Positions 13,321-26,744 of a stretch of DNA of 64,000 nt are shown here, piece by piece. The position numbers and the translations under genes were made by a program. Below the pieces are notes generated by a model. It was not told the DNA's origin and made no database searches. It saw only the letters and a list, made by a program, of their open reading frames with translations. The DNA is from Eledone cirrhosa. Lineage: Eukaryota. Where the stretch lies: NCBI GenBank assembly GCA_964016885.1, contig OZ024742.1:32488001-32552000 (forward strand). The letters run 5' to 3'. The stretch's first letter is position 1, and the number at the start of each line of letters is the position of its first letter.

Positions 13321-14321
13321 TAAGGAGCAACGTCCAAGTCACAATACTAGCATCTGTCTGAGAAGTACACAAAGGGATATCTCAAATGATAGGGGATCAA
13401 ATAAGGGAGAGGATGGCTTTGAAAAAATCCCAATAAAACTATCTTTTAGGGCCTACTATGTGGGGCAGTCGGAGATGAGTGTAAAGCGACCTGAGATGAG
13501 TGTAAAGCTCTGTCCAACTACTTAATTGAAGAGAGAAAATAAAAAGATTGTTGGAGCTTCAAACAGGCTGCTATTAGTTAACAACAACAACAACAACCAC
13601 AACAACAGGATAGTGGTAATTGATTTCGGTGAATGTTGGCTATTTCCTCCTCTGGAACAGTGTCGTCAGAGGTGATGTTGATGTCCTTGTTGGTGGTGGT
13701 GGTGGTGGTAGTTGTGTGTTTGAGATGGTGGTGTTGGTGGTGGTATGTTAGTGGTGGTGGTGTGTTTGAGATGGTAGTGTTGATGGTGGTGATGTGTTAG
13801 TAGTGGAGGTGTCGGTGGTGGTATGTTAGTGGTGGTGATGTGTTAATGGTGAAGGTGTTAGTGGTGGTGTTGATATGTTAGTGGTGAAGGTGTCGGTGGT
13901 GGTGTTTGAATGAGTGTGACCATTGTTTCTAAGTTAGTCCGTCCCTGTTTGTCTGTGTGTCTGCACACTGGCTGCTACAGTATGTATGTTTGTGTATGTG
14001 TGTGCATGTGCATGTATGTGTATATATTTGCATGTGCGTGTGTGTGTACCTATGTATATTTTTCACTACCACTTCCAGATTCATCTGCAATTTTATTTAT
14101 ATATATATACTAATAATAATAATAATAGTAATAAACCAAAGATATATACTTTATATCATCTCTATTTATTTCATTAAAATAAAGTACCAGTGATGTACTG
14201 GTTAATTGCTGGCCTTGTGCCAAAAGTAGAAACAATTATATATATTTCGAAGATGCAAAGTTTTATGTATAACATAAAGCAAAACATGTTCTCCTCAGAC
14301 AAAATATTGATATTGATATAC

Positions 14322-14397
<76 letters not shown>

Positions 14398-14557
14398 GAG
14401 GTTATATTTAATTTTTGGGGATTCAACAAGCTTAAAAATTTATATATATATATGAGAGAGAGATAGGGAGCGGTCAAAATGAGAAAGAGAGGGAGATGAA
14501 GGAAGAAACAGTGAGAGTTGTATATATATGTGTGTACATGTGTATCTGAGTGTAGTA

Positions 14558-14593
<36 letters not shown>

Positions 14594-14884
14594 CATATGG
14601 GACCATATATATACACACACACAAACACACAAGCATATATATGTATACATGTTAGTATTTGTGTATGTTTTATATTGAAGGTTCAACAGGATTGACAAAC
14701 ATAAGTGATGTTATACTAACCATATCTGATCTATGGAAGGAAATATGGGACGTAATAACATACGTAATCAAAGGTTGGGGAAATTGTACATGAGAGTATG
14801 ATGGGAAAAAATATTTAATAGAGATGGAGTGCTGGGACCTAAGGGGTGGTAGAAATATAATAGTATATTAAATATCAAATGATA

Positions 14885-15242
14885 AATAATAAAATAATAA
14901 TAATGAAATTATTGTGTACAGGGCTCAGGTGCACTACAACTCATCAAAGGCGCATGTATAGTACATAGATTAATGTACAAATGTCAGGCAAGTGAACAGT
15001 GTACGAGTCATGATATACATGTGTGCGTCTGTATGGAGGGGGGATATCAGGTGTAGTGTTGGTGAATCTCAGGAAACATGGAGGTGTTAAAGGATGCTGT
15101 GTCTCGACAGCTAACAACTGATGCAGGCAGTTTGTTCCATGCTTTAGCAACTCTGAGCGTGAAAAAATGTTTCCGAAAGTCATGGGAGCTGTGCTGTTTT
15201 CTGACTTTGTAGGCATGCCCACGTGTGTTAGACACATGGAAA
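14885..15242 (-). mobile_element. CR1-like LINE 3' fragment without the expansion; further partial copies at ~36640-36830 (-) and 59410-59660 (+)
   Basis: TRGHAYKVRKQHSSHDFRKHFFTLRVAKAWNKLPASVV and the same 3' UTR as 9505-10715. Confidence 0.85.
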
Positions 15243-16241
15243 TATATAATATTTATTTCTACATAGTATTTATTATATATAAATAAGGTTGACTTTGCCT
15301 TTCATCCTTACGGGGTCGATAAAATAAAGTACCAGTAATGCACTGGGTAATTGCTGGCCTTGTGCCTAAAGTAGAAACAATTATATATAAATTAACGATT
15401 TTGTTTATTATGTATTATTTACAATTTGTCTGTAAGCAGGTCTCTCTGGAAATAGAGTTGCGGGCACTGAGGGTATTTACGTGGCCGTGGGGGCAGTTTG
15501 AGAACCACTGTTCTAAAAGGTTTTATTTTCCTCATTTTTTTTACTAGTTTCAGTCATTAGACTGCAACCATAACACCTTGAAGAGCTTTTACTTGATCAT
15601 GTCAACCCCCAGTACACTTTTTCTTTCTCTAAGTCTGGTATTTATTTTACCAATGTCTTTTTGTTTAATCACATAATGAAACAGTATATGTAAACACAGA
15701 CAGGAACATACACATATATATATAAATATATGGTTGGCTTTCACAATATCTTTTTACCTCACTAATGTTTGTGCCATGATAAAATGGTCCTATTACACTC
15801 TGTAAAGTGGTTGGTGTAAGGTAAGGCATCAAGCTCTAGAATCCATGCTATAGAGAGAGCAAAGAGGCTTCTTTAGTTGTGTCAAGGACACAACAACTTT
15901 CTTAGTCCTTGTGCCAACACAAAATACTCCCAGTACACTCTGTAAAGTGGTTAGTGATAAGAAGAGCATCCAGCTGTAGAATCCATGCCAAAACTGTCTG
16001 GGAAGACAGTAGCTCCAATTAAGTACTGACTTGGTCTCTGACAACTTGTCCAACACATGCCAGTATTGAAGAAAATCAGTTAAATGATGATGATGATATT
16101 TATTTCATTTTATTCTCTCCGTAGAAGGACATATCCGAAACAATTGTTCTTTAACTTTATTTTTAGCTCTTAACATTTATGGATTAATATTTGATGAAAG
16201 ACCATCACTATCAGCTCCATTGACTTCCGGATCTTAATATC

Positions 16242-16289
<48 letters not shown>

Positions 16290-16292
<3 letters not shown>

Positions 16293-17734
16293 TCCGGGAT
16301 GATATCGACTTCCTGTCCCATCTTCCCAAAACCACGGAAACGAATTCACTTCTACTCAGTTTTGATGTGGTAAGCCTTTACACCAACATTACACATGATT
16401 TAGGAATAAAGGCGGTTAAATACTGGGTGGAAAAACATAGAGAAGTGATTCCCATTAGATTCACAGCGCCATTTATATTAGACGCAGTTAAACTTATTCT
16501 GGAAAACAACACTTTCTTCTTCAATGGAAAGAATTACATCCAAATTAGAGGCACAGCGATGGGAACGAAGTTTGCTCCCGTTTACGCGAACTCTGTAATA
16601 GGATACTTAGAACAACAACTCTACCAAGAAATAGAGGAAAAATATAGTACTGACTTTAGAAAGTACATTGAAAAATCTTGGAAGAGATACCTTGACGACT
16701 GTTTCATCATCTGGACAGAATCTCTAGATACTCTGGATGAGTTCAATATCCTCCTGAATAACCTACACCCATCTCTCCAATTCACAAAAGAGATGAGTAG
16801 GACCAAATTACCATTCCTAGATATAATGATAATCAAAAACGACACCACCATTACCACGGATATATATTATAAACATAGAGACACCCATCACTATCTGAAT
16901 TTTAAGTCGTGCCATCCACCTCATACAAAACGCAACATCTCATACTGCCTAGCCAGAAGAATTTGTACCATTGTAGAAGATACGAATACCAGGTACAAAC
17001 GCCTAACAGAACTAAGAGAATTTTTGCTCAAACAAAAATACCCATCTCTACTTATAGAAAATGGCATACAGCGGGCTATAAAAATACCTATACAACAACT
17101 TAGAACAACCCAAGGAAGAAGAAACCAAGAACTGATCATACCATTTATAATGACACACAACCCATGTCACCAGAATATCTTCAACACTGCCAAAGCAAAC
17201 CTACCGATCATTGCTCAAAGTAATGAATTAAAAGGCTTAATCACAGATCGATCTTTGACTCTTAGTAAAAGACAGCCAAAATATTTGAAGCAATTGCTAA
17301 CAAAAGCAAAGTTTGACCTTAACAACAAAGACCAATCATTCACTGTATCTAAATGCAATGATAATCGATGCGGCACATGTCAATCCATACACGCCGGTCA
17401 ATATATGAAAACAAAAACTGGAAAAATATTCACAAATGCAAATATGAACTGCAAAAGCAGAAATCTAATTTACTGCATTAAATGCCCGAATTGTGAAGAA
17501 CTATATGTCGGTCAAACTGGAAATGCACTATCGGAACATGCACGGGTACACTGTCAACAAATCAGAGACCCAAATGTCCGTCAGATACCCCTAAGCGGCC
17601 ACCTGGCAACATGTGGTTAGGGAATATTTATAATATTCCCATTCTACAAATTACACAGCCCAAGTGAAATCAAGAGAAAAATCAAAGAAAAGAATTTTAT
17701 TGATAAATTCAAACCCAAGCTAAATGAACAATAA
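16290..17734 (+). pseudogene. PLE RT/GIY-YIG ORF with one premature stop
   Basis: Open to TAG at 17618-17620; the same frame continues GIFNIFPF...KRKIKEKNFIDKFKPKLNEQ* (typical PLE C-terminus). Confidence 0.88.
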
Positions 17735-17938
17735 TAACGCCTAGGGGTATTACTTCTACTACCACTATGACCACGACCACTAACAACAACAACAAAAACA
17801 ATAATAATAATAATAAAAGTGATGTTGATGGTGATGATTAATAGAAAATGCTATTTTCATCATTTCAAAAAAGCAAAACAATTGATACGTTGGATATGAC
17901 TATTGGTCGTTAGCATGCTCAACCAGCCGTGACGCTTA

Positions 17939-18047
17939 AACCAATCAGCTGTAGTAATTCAGTGAAACTACACACTGATTGGTCGAAATACAGTTTACAG
18001 GGCTTTGCATTCTGGAGCCACTTTTCTCTGTATAAAATGTATAAAAG
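17939..18047 (+). promoter_or_regulatory. Putative pLTR promoter: inverted CCAAT boxes and two TATAAAA motifs upstream of the hammerhead
   Basis: ccaatcag...ctgattgg inverted pair at ~17941-17982; tataaaa at 18031 and 18040. Confidence 0.4.
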
Positions 18048-18109
18048 GTAGGAAATTTACCCATCTCATTACAGTTGAAAATTGCAAACTCGACTGTCAC
18101 CACATATCA

Positions 18110-18148
18110 TGAACCTGAAGATTGCGAAAGCATGAAAGTACTTGTTCA
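18110..18148 (+). ncRNA. Minimal type-I hammerhead ribozyme motif
   Basis: tgaac-CTGAAGA-t-tgc(gaaa)gca-t-GAAA-gtac-TT-gttca: stem I tgaac/gttca, stem II, palindromic stem III aagtactt. Confidence 0.85.
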
Positions 18149-18314
18149 ATTAACACTTAGAATTTAATATTCTATCATACTATTTCATTATAATACCATT
18201 ATATATATTTTAAAGGATTGTAAATAAAACGAGTAAATCAGACAAAGTTGGAATTCCTCTTATTAATATAATCTTCTATATACAATCATACACACCCGTG
18301 TATATTTACCTATC

Positions 18315-18356
<42 letters not shown>

Positions 18357-18641
18357 TACATGTATATATATATACACACATATATATACACATGTGTGTG
18401 TATATATATATACACATATATATATATACACATATATATATATACACACAGATATATATACACATATATATATACACATATATATATACAGACATATATA
18501 TATACACATCTATATATATATACACATATATATGTTCACATGTATATATATAGACACATATATATGTTCACATGTATATATATATATACACGTGCATATA
18601 TATATATACACATGTGTATATATATATATATATATAAATAT

Positions 18642-19851
18642 AAGTTCTAGTTTGTAGGAAAGAAAACAAGGCGGCGGTCCCTTCTGGGAAATGGTCGTGC
18701 TCGGTATGTAGGAAAGGCGTAGGTAGAAACTCCATCTTATGTCCTAAATGCAAAGTATGGGTGCATAAAAGATGTAGTGGGATCACAGGTAAGCTAACTA
18801 AGAACATAGACTTTACATGTGGCCGGTGTTCTGGTGCAATAAGTAGCAGCAAGTGCCCACAAAATACTAGCTCTTTCAATTGCGCAGAGGGTTCTATAGA
18901 AATAGTGGACAGCTTCCGTTACCTGGGCGATAAAATCAGCAGTGGGGGAGGGTGCTCTGAAAGTACTGTAGCTAGAGTCAGAACTGGTTGGAAAAAGTTC
19001 AGAGAGCTTATACCACTATTAGCTGCTAAAGGGTTCTCCCTAAAAATGAAAGGCAGGTTGTACGATGCCTGCATACGAACAGCAATGTTGCATGGTAGTG
19101 AGACCTGGGCATTGTGTGCAGAGGATATACGCAGACTAGAGAGGAACGAAGCTTGCATGCTCCGCTGGATGTGTAACAGTAATATACGTGAACGGCAAAG
19201 CATAAACGAACTAAGGAAAAAATTAGAGATAAGAGGGATCAGATGTTGTTTACTCGAGAGAAGGCTGCGTTGGTATGGACACGTGATGCGCATGAAAGTC
19301 GATAGCTGTATTACAAAGTGCAGGGCAATAAAGATAGACGGTAGCCACGGAATAGGCAGACCTAGAAAAACATGGGATGAGCTGATAAACTCCGACCTCA
19401 CACACTTACACCTCTCCAAGACAATGTCACTGGACCGTGACCTTTGGCGGTACTCAGTAACAGAGAAGACCCGCCTTGCCAGTAGGCATCTCTAACAAAC
19501 TACACCCCGTCCCGCCACCACCCCCACCCCATCCACACCACCCCGTTCTATGTAAAGTTATGTTGGTGCCGCGCCATCCAGGCCGAAACAAATGAGATCG
19601 TGTAGGTGTCACGACGACAAAAAAACACACAGTCCACGCTGTAATGTGGCCGTGTAGGCAACACGGTAAAAACCTCCCAGACCCACACTGTAAATGTGGT
19701 TGGTGTTAGGAAGGGCATCCAACTGTAGAAAACCTGCCAGACAGTCCTATGCGAGCAAGACAATCACTCTTGCCTCAAGTGGGACTACCCCCGTCCAAAC
19801 CCATGCAAGCGTGGAACACGGACGTTAAACGTTGATGATGATGATGATGAT
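18642..19851 (+). mobile_element. RTE-clade LINE 3' fragment (PHD-finger family)
   Basis: CSVC..CPKC..HKRC..CGRC, VDSFRYLG, MLHGSETW, RRLRWYGHV, GRPRKTW; 3' UTR and (GAT)n tail. Confidence 0.9.
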
Positions 19852-19869
19852 GTATAAATATACACGTGC

Positions 19870-19932
<63 letters not shown>

Positions 19933-20156
19933 CATATATATATATGTATATATATACACGTGTATATATATATATATATACATATATAAATATATATATA
20001 TGTATATATATACACGTGTATATATATATATATATAAATATATACGCATGTGTATATATATATATGTGTGTGTATATATATATATATATGTATATATACA
20101 CGTGTGTGTGTATATATATATATATATACACACGTGTGTGTGTGTATATATATATA

Positions 20157-21428
20157 GAGATGCCTACTGACTGTAGTAGGTTTTTACTTTGTATTTAAGT
20201 AAGGCGGGTCTTCTCTATTACTGAGTACCGCCAAAGGTCTCGGTCCAGTGACATTGTCTTGGAGAGGTGTAAGCGTGTGAGGTCGGAATTTATCAGCTCG
20301 TCCCATGTTTTTCTGGGTCTGCCTACTCCGTGGCTACCGTCTATCTTTATTGCCCTGCACTTTGTTATACAGCTGTCGTCTTTCATGCGCATCACGTGAC
20401 CGTACCAACGTAGCCTTCTCTCGAGTAAACAACATCTGATCCCTCTTATTTCTAATTTTTTCCTTAGTTCATTTATGCTTTGCCGTTCACGTATATTACT
20501 ATTGCACATCCAGCGGAGCATGCAAGCTTCGTTCCTCTCTAGTCTGCGTATATCCTCTGCACACAATGCCCAGGTCTCACTGCCATGCAGCATTGCTGTT
20601 CGTATGCAGGCATCGTATAACCTGCCTTTCATTTTTAGGGAGAACCCTCTAGCGGCTAATAGTGGTATAAGCTCTCTGAACTTTTTCCATCCAGTTCTGA
20701 CTCTAGCTACTGTACTTTCAGAGCACCCTCCCCCACTGCTGATTTTGTCACCCAGGTAACGGAAGCTGTCCACTATTTCTATAGAACCCTCTGCGCAGTT
20801 GAAGGAGCTAGTATTTTGTGGGCACTTGCTGCTACTTATTGCACCAGAGCACCGGCCACATGTAAAATCTATGTTCTTAGTTAGCTTACCTGTGATCCCA
20901 CTACATCTTTTATGCACCCATACTTTGCATTTGGGACATAAAATGGAGTTTCTACCTACGCCTTTCCTACACACTGAGCATGGCCATTTCCCAGATGGGA
21001 CTGCCGCCTTATTTTCTTTCCTACAAACTAGAACTTTAGTCTTAGCCAGGTTAATTTTAAGGCCTTTTGATTCTAGGCCGTGCTTCCATGTTTGGAATTT
21101 CTTCTCTAGTTCGGTCATTGATTCAGCTATGAGCGTTAGATCATCTGCGTATAAGAGTTCCCATGGGCAGCCGGTCTTGAACTCCTCTGTTATAGCCTGA
21201 AGGGCAATAATAGTAGGGGGCTAAGGACAGAGCCCTGATGGACACCAACTTTTACGCTAAACTCTTCACTATATTCGTTGTTAATTCTAACCTTACTGAC
21301 TGTTTCTTTATACATGGCTTGTATAGCTCTCACAAGCCATTCGTCAACACCTAGTTTTCTAAGAGACCACCAGATAATGGAACGAGGGACTCTGTCGAAG
21401 GCTTTCTCCAAGTCGACGAAAGCTAAGT
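20157..21428 (-). mobile_element. RTE-clade LINE fragment, inverted relative to the 18642-19851 copy
   Basis: [33 protein letters not shown] finger and thumb/C-terminus (ORF 20195-21118); one frameshift. Confidence 0.9.
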
Positions 21429-21697
21429 ATACATATATATATATATATATATACACATATATATATACACATATATATATATATATATACACATATATAT
21501 ATATATATGTGTATATATATATGTGTATACACATATATATATATACACATACATATATATACACATGTATATATATATATATACACATCTATATATATAT
21601 ATATATACACATATATATGTTCACATGTATATATATATACACATATATATGTACACATGTATATATATATATACACATGCATATATATACACATGCG

Positions 21698-21733
<36 letters not shown>

Positions 21734-21771
21734 TATATATACACACACACATGTATATATATAAACACACA

Positions 21772-22303
21772 TATCATCATCATCATCGTTTAACGTCCAT
21801 GTTCCACGCTTGCATGGGTTTGGACGGGGGTAGTCCCACTTGAGGCAAGAGTGGTTGTCTTGCTCGCATAGGACTGTCTGGCGGGTTTTCTACAGCTGGA
21901 TGCCCTTCCTAACACCAACCACATTTACAGTGTGGGGCTGGGAGGTTTTTACCGTGTTGCCTACACGGCCACATTACAGCGTGGACTGTGTGTTTTTTTG
22001 TCGTGACACCTACACGATCTCATTTGTTTCGGCCTGGATGTTGTGGCACCAACGTAACTTTACATTGAAAGGGGCGGTGTGGATGGGGTGGGGGTGGTGT
22101 GACGGGGATGTATTTTGTTAGAGGTGCCTACTGACTGTAGTAGGTTTACTTTGTATTGAGGCAAGGCGGGTCTTCTCTATTACTGAGTGCCGCCAAAGAT
22201 CTCGGTCCAGTGACATTGTCTTGGAGAGGTGTAAGTGTGTGAGGTCGGAATTTATCAGGTCGTCCCAGGCTTTTCTGGGTCCGCCTACTCCGTGGCTACC
22301 GTC
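21772..22303 (-). mobile_element. RTE LINE extreme 3' end plus UTR; similar tails at 23920-24155 (+), 27044-27193 (+), 51999-52513 (-)
   Basis: DGSHGVGGPRKAWDDLI...; UTR with ggtgttaggaagggcatccagctgtagaaaacc; (GAT)n tail. Confidence 0.85.
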
Positions 22304-22477
22304 TATATATATATATACATGTATATATATACACACACATGTATATATATATACACACACATGTATATATATATACACACACATGTATATATATATATAT
22401 ACACACACGTATATATATATATACACACACATGTATATATATATACACATGCATATATATATATATATATATATAAA

Positions 22478-22508
<31 letters not shown>

Positions 22509-23130
22509 AGTAGTGACCATTAACATTAAGGTTTGTTTTTAAAACTTTGGTCTGAAATATATTAGGGAAGCAGCTGTTGGTCACATGACTACATAAATGT
22601 TTAATTGTGTGTGTATTTGAAGGTGTGTGCTGTTGTGAGCATGTGTGTGTGTGTACATGTTTTATAGGTTTGTGTATAATAAATACACTAAACAAACACT
22701 GAATAAAGGACAGAATACTGTTTGCAGTGTCAAAATAGTTCTGACTATTAATATATTAATAGTGGCTGTTTATTTCAAAGTGTTATTGATACTATCAGCT
22801 TCACAAAACTGATTTGAGAAAGTGGTAGTACTGATTAAACTTCTAAGTAAATAGTCACTATCAATAATATATATATATATATATATGTATATAAGAATAA
22901 CATTAAAAAAGATGCTGTGATTACATAAAGCGTTTATTCATTATAATTATTTCTATGGCTACCCTTATGCAATCCAAGATGAAGTATTTACACTTGTTGC
23001 TGTTATGGGAGCGATTTCTTGATGTTATTTCTATAATGAATCTCCATCGTAACTACACTACAATTGTAGAGAGCTTTCTCCTGTTTACTCCTGTTTTTTT
23101 ACCAAAACAACTTTTTTACTGAATATATAT

Positions 23131-23280
23131 ATGTAAAAGGTAAACAGAAATAACAACACAATCGGTACAGTATATGGAAGGAATATATTAGGTTAACGCT
23201 TGAAATAGCAGGAAGAGAGAGGGTCTTAACGTTTCAGATGCTAGTCCTTCATCAGAAGAAAGAATGAGAAATAAGATAGA
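23131..23280 (-). mobile_element. Non-coding PLE pLTR-like unit with a hammerhead motif (~23224-23258); inverted homolog at ~26685-26833
   Basis: Minus strand tctt-CTGATGA-aggactagcatct-GAAA-cg-TT-aaga; ~150 bp nearly identical to the + copy at 26.7 kb. Confidence 0.7.
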
Positions 23281-23606
23281 TTAATAGGATGGGCAGGAAA
23301 AAAATGTCTTTAGATAAAAATAACAGGTCCATTCATGTTAACAATTATAGGTGGATTCCCACATCCAAATCCTGGATGAGCTCCAGACTTATTTTGATTA
23401 TAACATTTGAAGAATTGAACGAATTTGGTAAAATGCTTATATATATATTACATATATACCATTTATGTTGTTCGGTTTACCAGTGGGTAGATCTGGTTTT
23501 TCTAGTTAGCAATCATGATGTAATACGTTAAAGCACTCAACGTTATGCAAATCATTCGTCGTGGATGTGGTATTATCCCGTGGCTGGTGCAGGATCAGAG
23601 TTAAAT

Positions 23607-23910
23607 ATTTATTTTAAAATAACAGAAGGCTGGACTCGGAATATTCTTATAATGTTGCAAAAACACAATACGTATTTCTATGGCCTAGTTACATCATCAG
23701 ATCGTGATGTAATATTTTTGGTGTGGATTGCAAAATTAGTTAATTAGTAATCCAGTTATCGATCAACTAATTTTGTAACCCCCACCTGATGACATCACCA
23801 AAGTATTTCGCCATGATCTGATGATGAAACTGGGTCATAGAAATGCGTATTGTGTTTTTGCAACATTAAAAGAATATTCCTAACCTGGTCTTCTGTTGCT
23901 TTTAAATATA
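23607..23910. repeat. Imperfect inverted repeat (~115-bp arms), each arm carrying a hammerhead-like core
   Basis: CTGATGA...GAAAtacgtaTT on - (23664-23706) and CTGATGA...GAAAtgcgtaTT on + (23812-23855); stem I is weak. Confidence 0.7.
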
Positions 23911-25014
23911 TATATATACAGCCCACACTGTAAAGTGGACATGTAGGCGCCACGGAAAAAAAGCACCCAGCACTCACTGTAAATGAGGTTGGTGTTAGGA
24001 AGGGCATCCAGCTGTAGAAATCAAGCCAGAATCAGTTCCAGTATGAGTAAGAGGTCAGTCGACCGGACACTGCCCACAACAGGACAACCCGTCTAACCCA
24101 TGCTAGCGTGGAAGAACGGACATAAAATGGTGATGATGATTATGACGATGATGATATATATATATATGGATTAAAGCAAAATATAAACAAAGAATTGATA
24201 CAGTGGCAGAAATTGTTTGCTTAAAACTTTTAATCTGTGCTAATAATAAATATTTGCTCTACAAGTTTATATATATATATATATATATATATAAAGACTA
24301 AAATCCAGAGAGGACTTGACAAGGGTTGTGTGTGTGTATATATATATATATATACACACACAACCCTATTCAATATATATGTATATATATGGTGGCTGCC
24401 AACTCGTTTTCAAGTACGGCCACTACTTTATATCCATGTAGGAGAATCCCTACCGATGCCCTGAACGAGTGTGACTTTTTAGTCCAGCCAGCGACTTGAA
24501 AACTCTGGTACAAACACTACACTTGTGACAATTATTGACACATAATGCTGGGCCCATGGTACCATGTGATGACAAGTGTAGAGAGATCTCCAGATATAAA
24601 GCAATGCCTGTGCCGTGAAGCTTTTATAGTGAGCAAAGGCACTGCACAAAGCCAGTCCCACTCTCTTAACCAAGATGATATTTACCAAAAAGAAGAACAA
24701 GTCAACATCATTGGATACCATCAGGGTTGCAGGTGTTATATCAGAGTTTTCCTTCTCCTAGAATTCTGCCTTGACAAAGGCTAAGGGGTCATCTCTCCCG
24801 GTGATTTTGGATGGCCATTGACTCTTAAGAGCTCTTTGCCCTTTGACAGGTTTTGTTTTTAGTCCTGCAGGATGTCCAAAATCACCCTTCTCACCAAGAA
24901 ACCTTGGTGGGGTTGCCAGTTTAGTCGCCAACAACCCGACTATGGGACAGGTTGTACTGGGATACATGTTACCAGTAGCACCAACTGGTGACCTGATATA
25001 CGTATATATATACG

Positions 25015-25046
<32 letters not shown>

Positions 25047-25214
25047 CATACATATACACACACACACACACACAACCATTATCAAGTCCTCTCTGGACTT
25101 TAGTCTTTGTACTTATTATTACTACTGTATGTATGTATGTATGTATGTGTGTATGCGTGCGTGCGTGCGTGCGTGCGTGCGTATATATATATATATATAT
25201 ATATATATTCATAC

Positions 25215-25800
25215 AGGTAGGTATGGGTGCATCTTATCTACAATGCTGTTCAATATTTTTCTGGAAGAGATTGTGATCAGAGCAGCAGATGGCTTTCAGG
25301 AAGCTTACAGATACACGGACTAGTGGTGAACAATCTCAGGTTTACTGACATCAACACCCTAGTAACTGGAAGTGAAAAAGAAAATGGCAAATCAACAAAT
25401 GAAGTGAAGACAAGAACTGGGATAGTGATGGCATCTTTGAACAGACTGAACAACATTTTTAGAAGAACAATAACTTGAGCTTCAAATCCAAACTGAGGCT
25501 AAGGAAATCAATAGTGATATCAATGCTACTATCCGGATGTAAAATCTGGATAGATGAGGAAATGAACTGGAGGACCAATGTATTTGAGATGAAATGATAT
25601 CGAGAATTGCTGGAGGTGAAATGGTAGGACAAACATACCAATGAATGGGTTTGGAACAAGTGGAGGAAAAATTGGTGCAGCACAGAAATCCCTGCTAAAG
25701 ATAGCACAAGATCGCAATCTAAAGTATTTTGGACATGTAATGAGACATATATGTGACGAATTGACAGAGTCATTAGAATGTCAGAATTCTTTGAGGTGTT
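25215..25800 (+). mobile_element. Highly degenerate RTE-like LINE fragment
   Basis: GCILS.MLFNIFLE, NNLRFTD.., FEMK.YR.LL, LKYFGHVMRH remnants with many disruptions. Confidence 0.65.
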
Positions 25801-26221
25801 CATTCCAGCTCTCTGATCACTGAGATAAAATCCCATCGAGACCATATCTGCCTTTCATCCATTCAAGGTCAATAAAAGATATGCCAGTCAAGTGCTAGGG
25901 TTGATTCTTCCTCACTTCCATTCTCTCATTTTCTATCCTTCTCTGGAACAAATTTGCAGTATTCAGATCTGGAGAGATGGGCTCCGCCAGGTTTTAGAAT
26001 GCCCAAGAAACACTGTATGTCAATACGGCATCCCTACAAATCCCTTGGGATTTATGTGACCATATGTAGTGAGACACCCCAAGGATTTGAAACTTGCAAG
26101 CACTGTAATACAGAGGGCAGCAAGAAAGGTGCTAGATAAGCAACATTTGGGGACAGGACTGTTCAGAGGAAATTGCAGAAGGTATCCATGGACCCTTGGG
26201 GTCTATGATGATGATGATGAT

Positions 26222-26297
<76 letters not shown>

Positions 26298-26708
26298 GGA
26301 AACTGAAATTTCAGTTTAACAGAAGTCTATTTGCATGACACGTCTTGTTTATTGAATGGCTGAAAGCCAATTTTAATTAGATAACATAATCCACTATTGT
26401 GTAACCATGTGGCTTGACTCCAATAAAATTAGCTCATCATATGTCTGTATATATATATACACACACACACACACTAACTCATGCTTACGCACGTGCTCAA
26501 GTATAGCTCTTTACAAAACGGTTTTTTTTCCATTTCAGGTAGACGCCTACCATCATCCACTTTTCTAAAAAACAAATCATACACAAAACGCCAGCACCAA
26601 CAGTTTTGCAAGAGATGTCAACATGAATGGACCTGTTATTTTTATCTAAAGACATTTTTTCCAATTCCAACCCACCCGTCCCCTCAATCTATTTTATTTC
26701 TCATTCTT

Positions 26709-26744
26709 TCTTCTGATGAAGGACTAGCGTCCGAAACATTAAGA
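26709..26744 (+). ncRNA. Minimal hammerhead ribozyme motif (stem III mutated)
   Basis: tctt-CTGATGA-a-ggac(tagc)gtcc-GAAA-ca-TT-aaga. Confidence 0.7.

Larger units (their letters stand above)
16290..18290 (+). mobile_element. Penelope-like element (Neptune-type), 5'-truncated, flanked by (TA)n
   Basis: RT motifs SFDVVSLYTNI, GTAMGTKFAP, RYLDD, LPFLD; Cys linker CNDNRCGTC; GIY-YIG-like NLIYCIKC..C...YVGQT; 3' pLTR-like region with a hammerhead. Confidence 0.93.

Noticed and set aside
12089-13372. 427-aa and 304-aa ORFs with C/H periodicity resembling zinc-finger arrays
   Set aside because: Translations of a 30-bp minisatellite, open on both strands; spacing does not fit C2H2
18298-22695. Numerous YIYI/CVCV ORFs here and throughout the window
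   Set aside because: Translations of (TA)n/(CA)n microsatellites
24900-24995. Possible HDV-like ribozyme at a LINE-like 5' end (minus strand)
   Set aside because: Could not build the canonical nested double pseudoknot by eye
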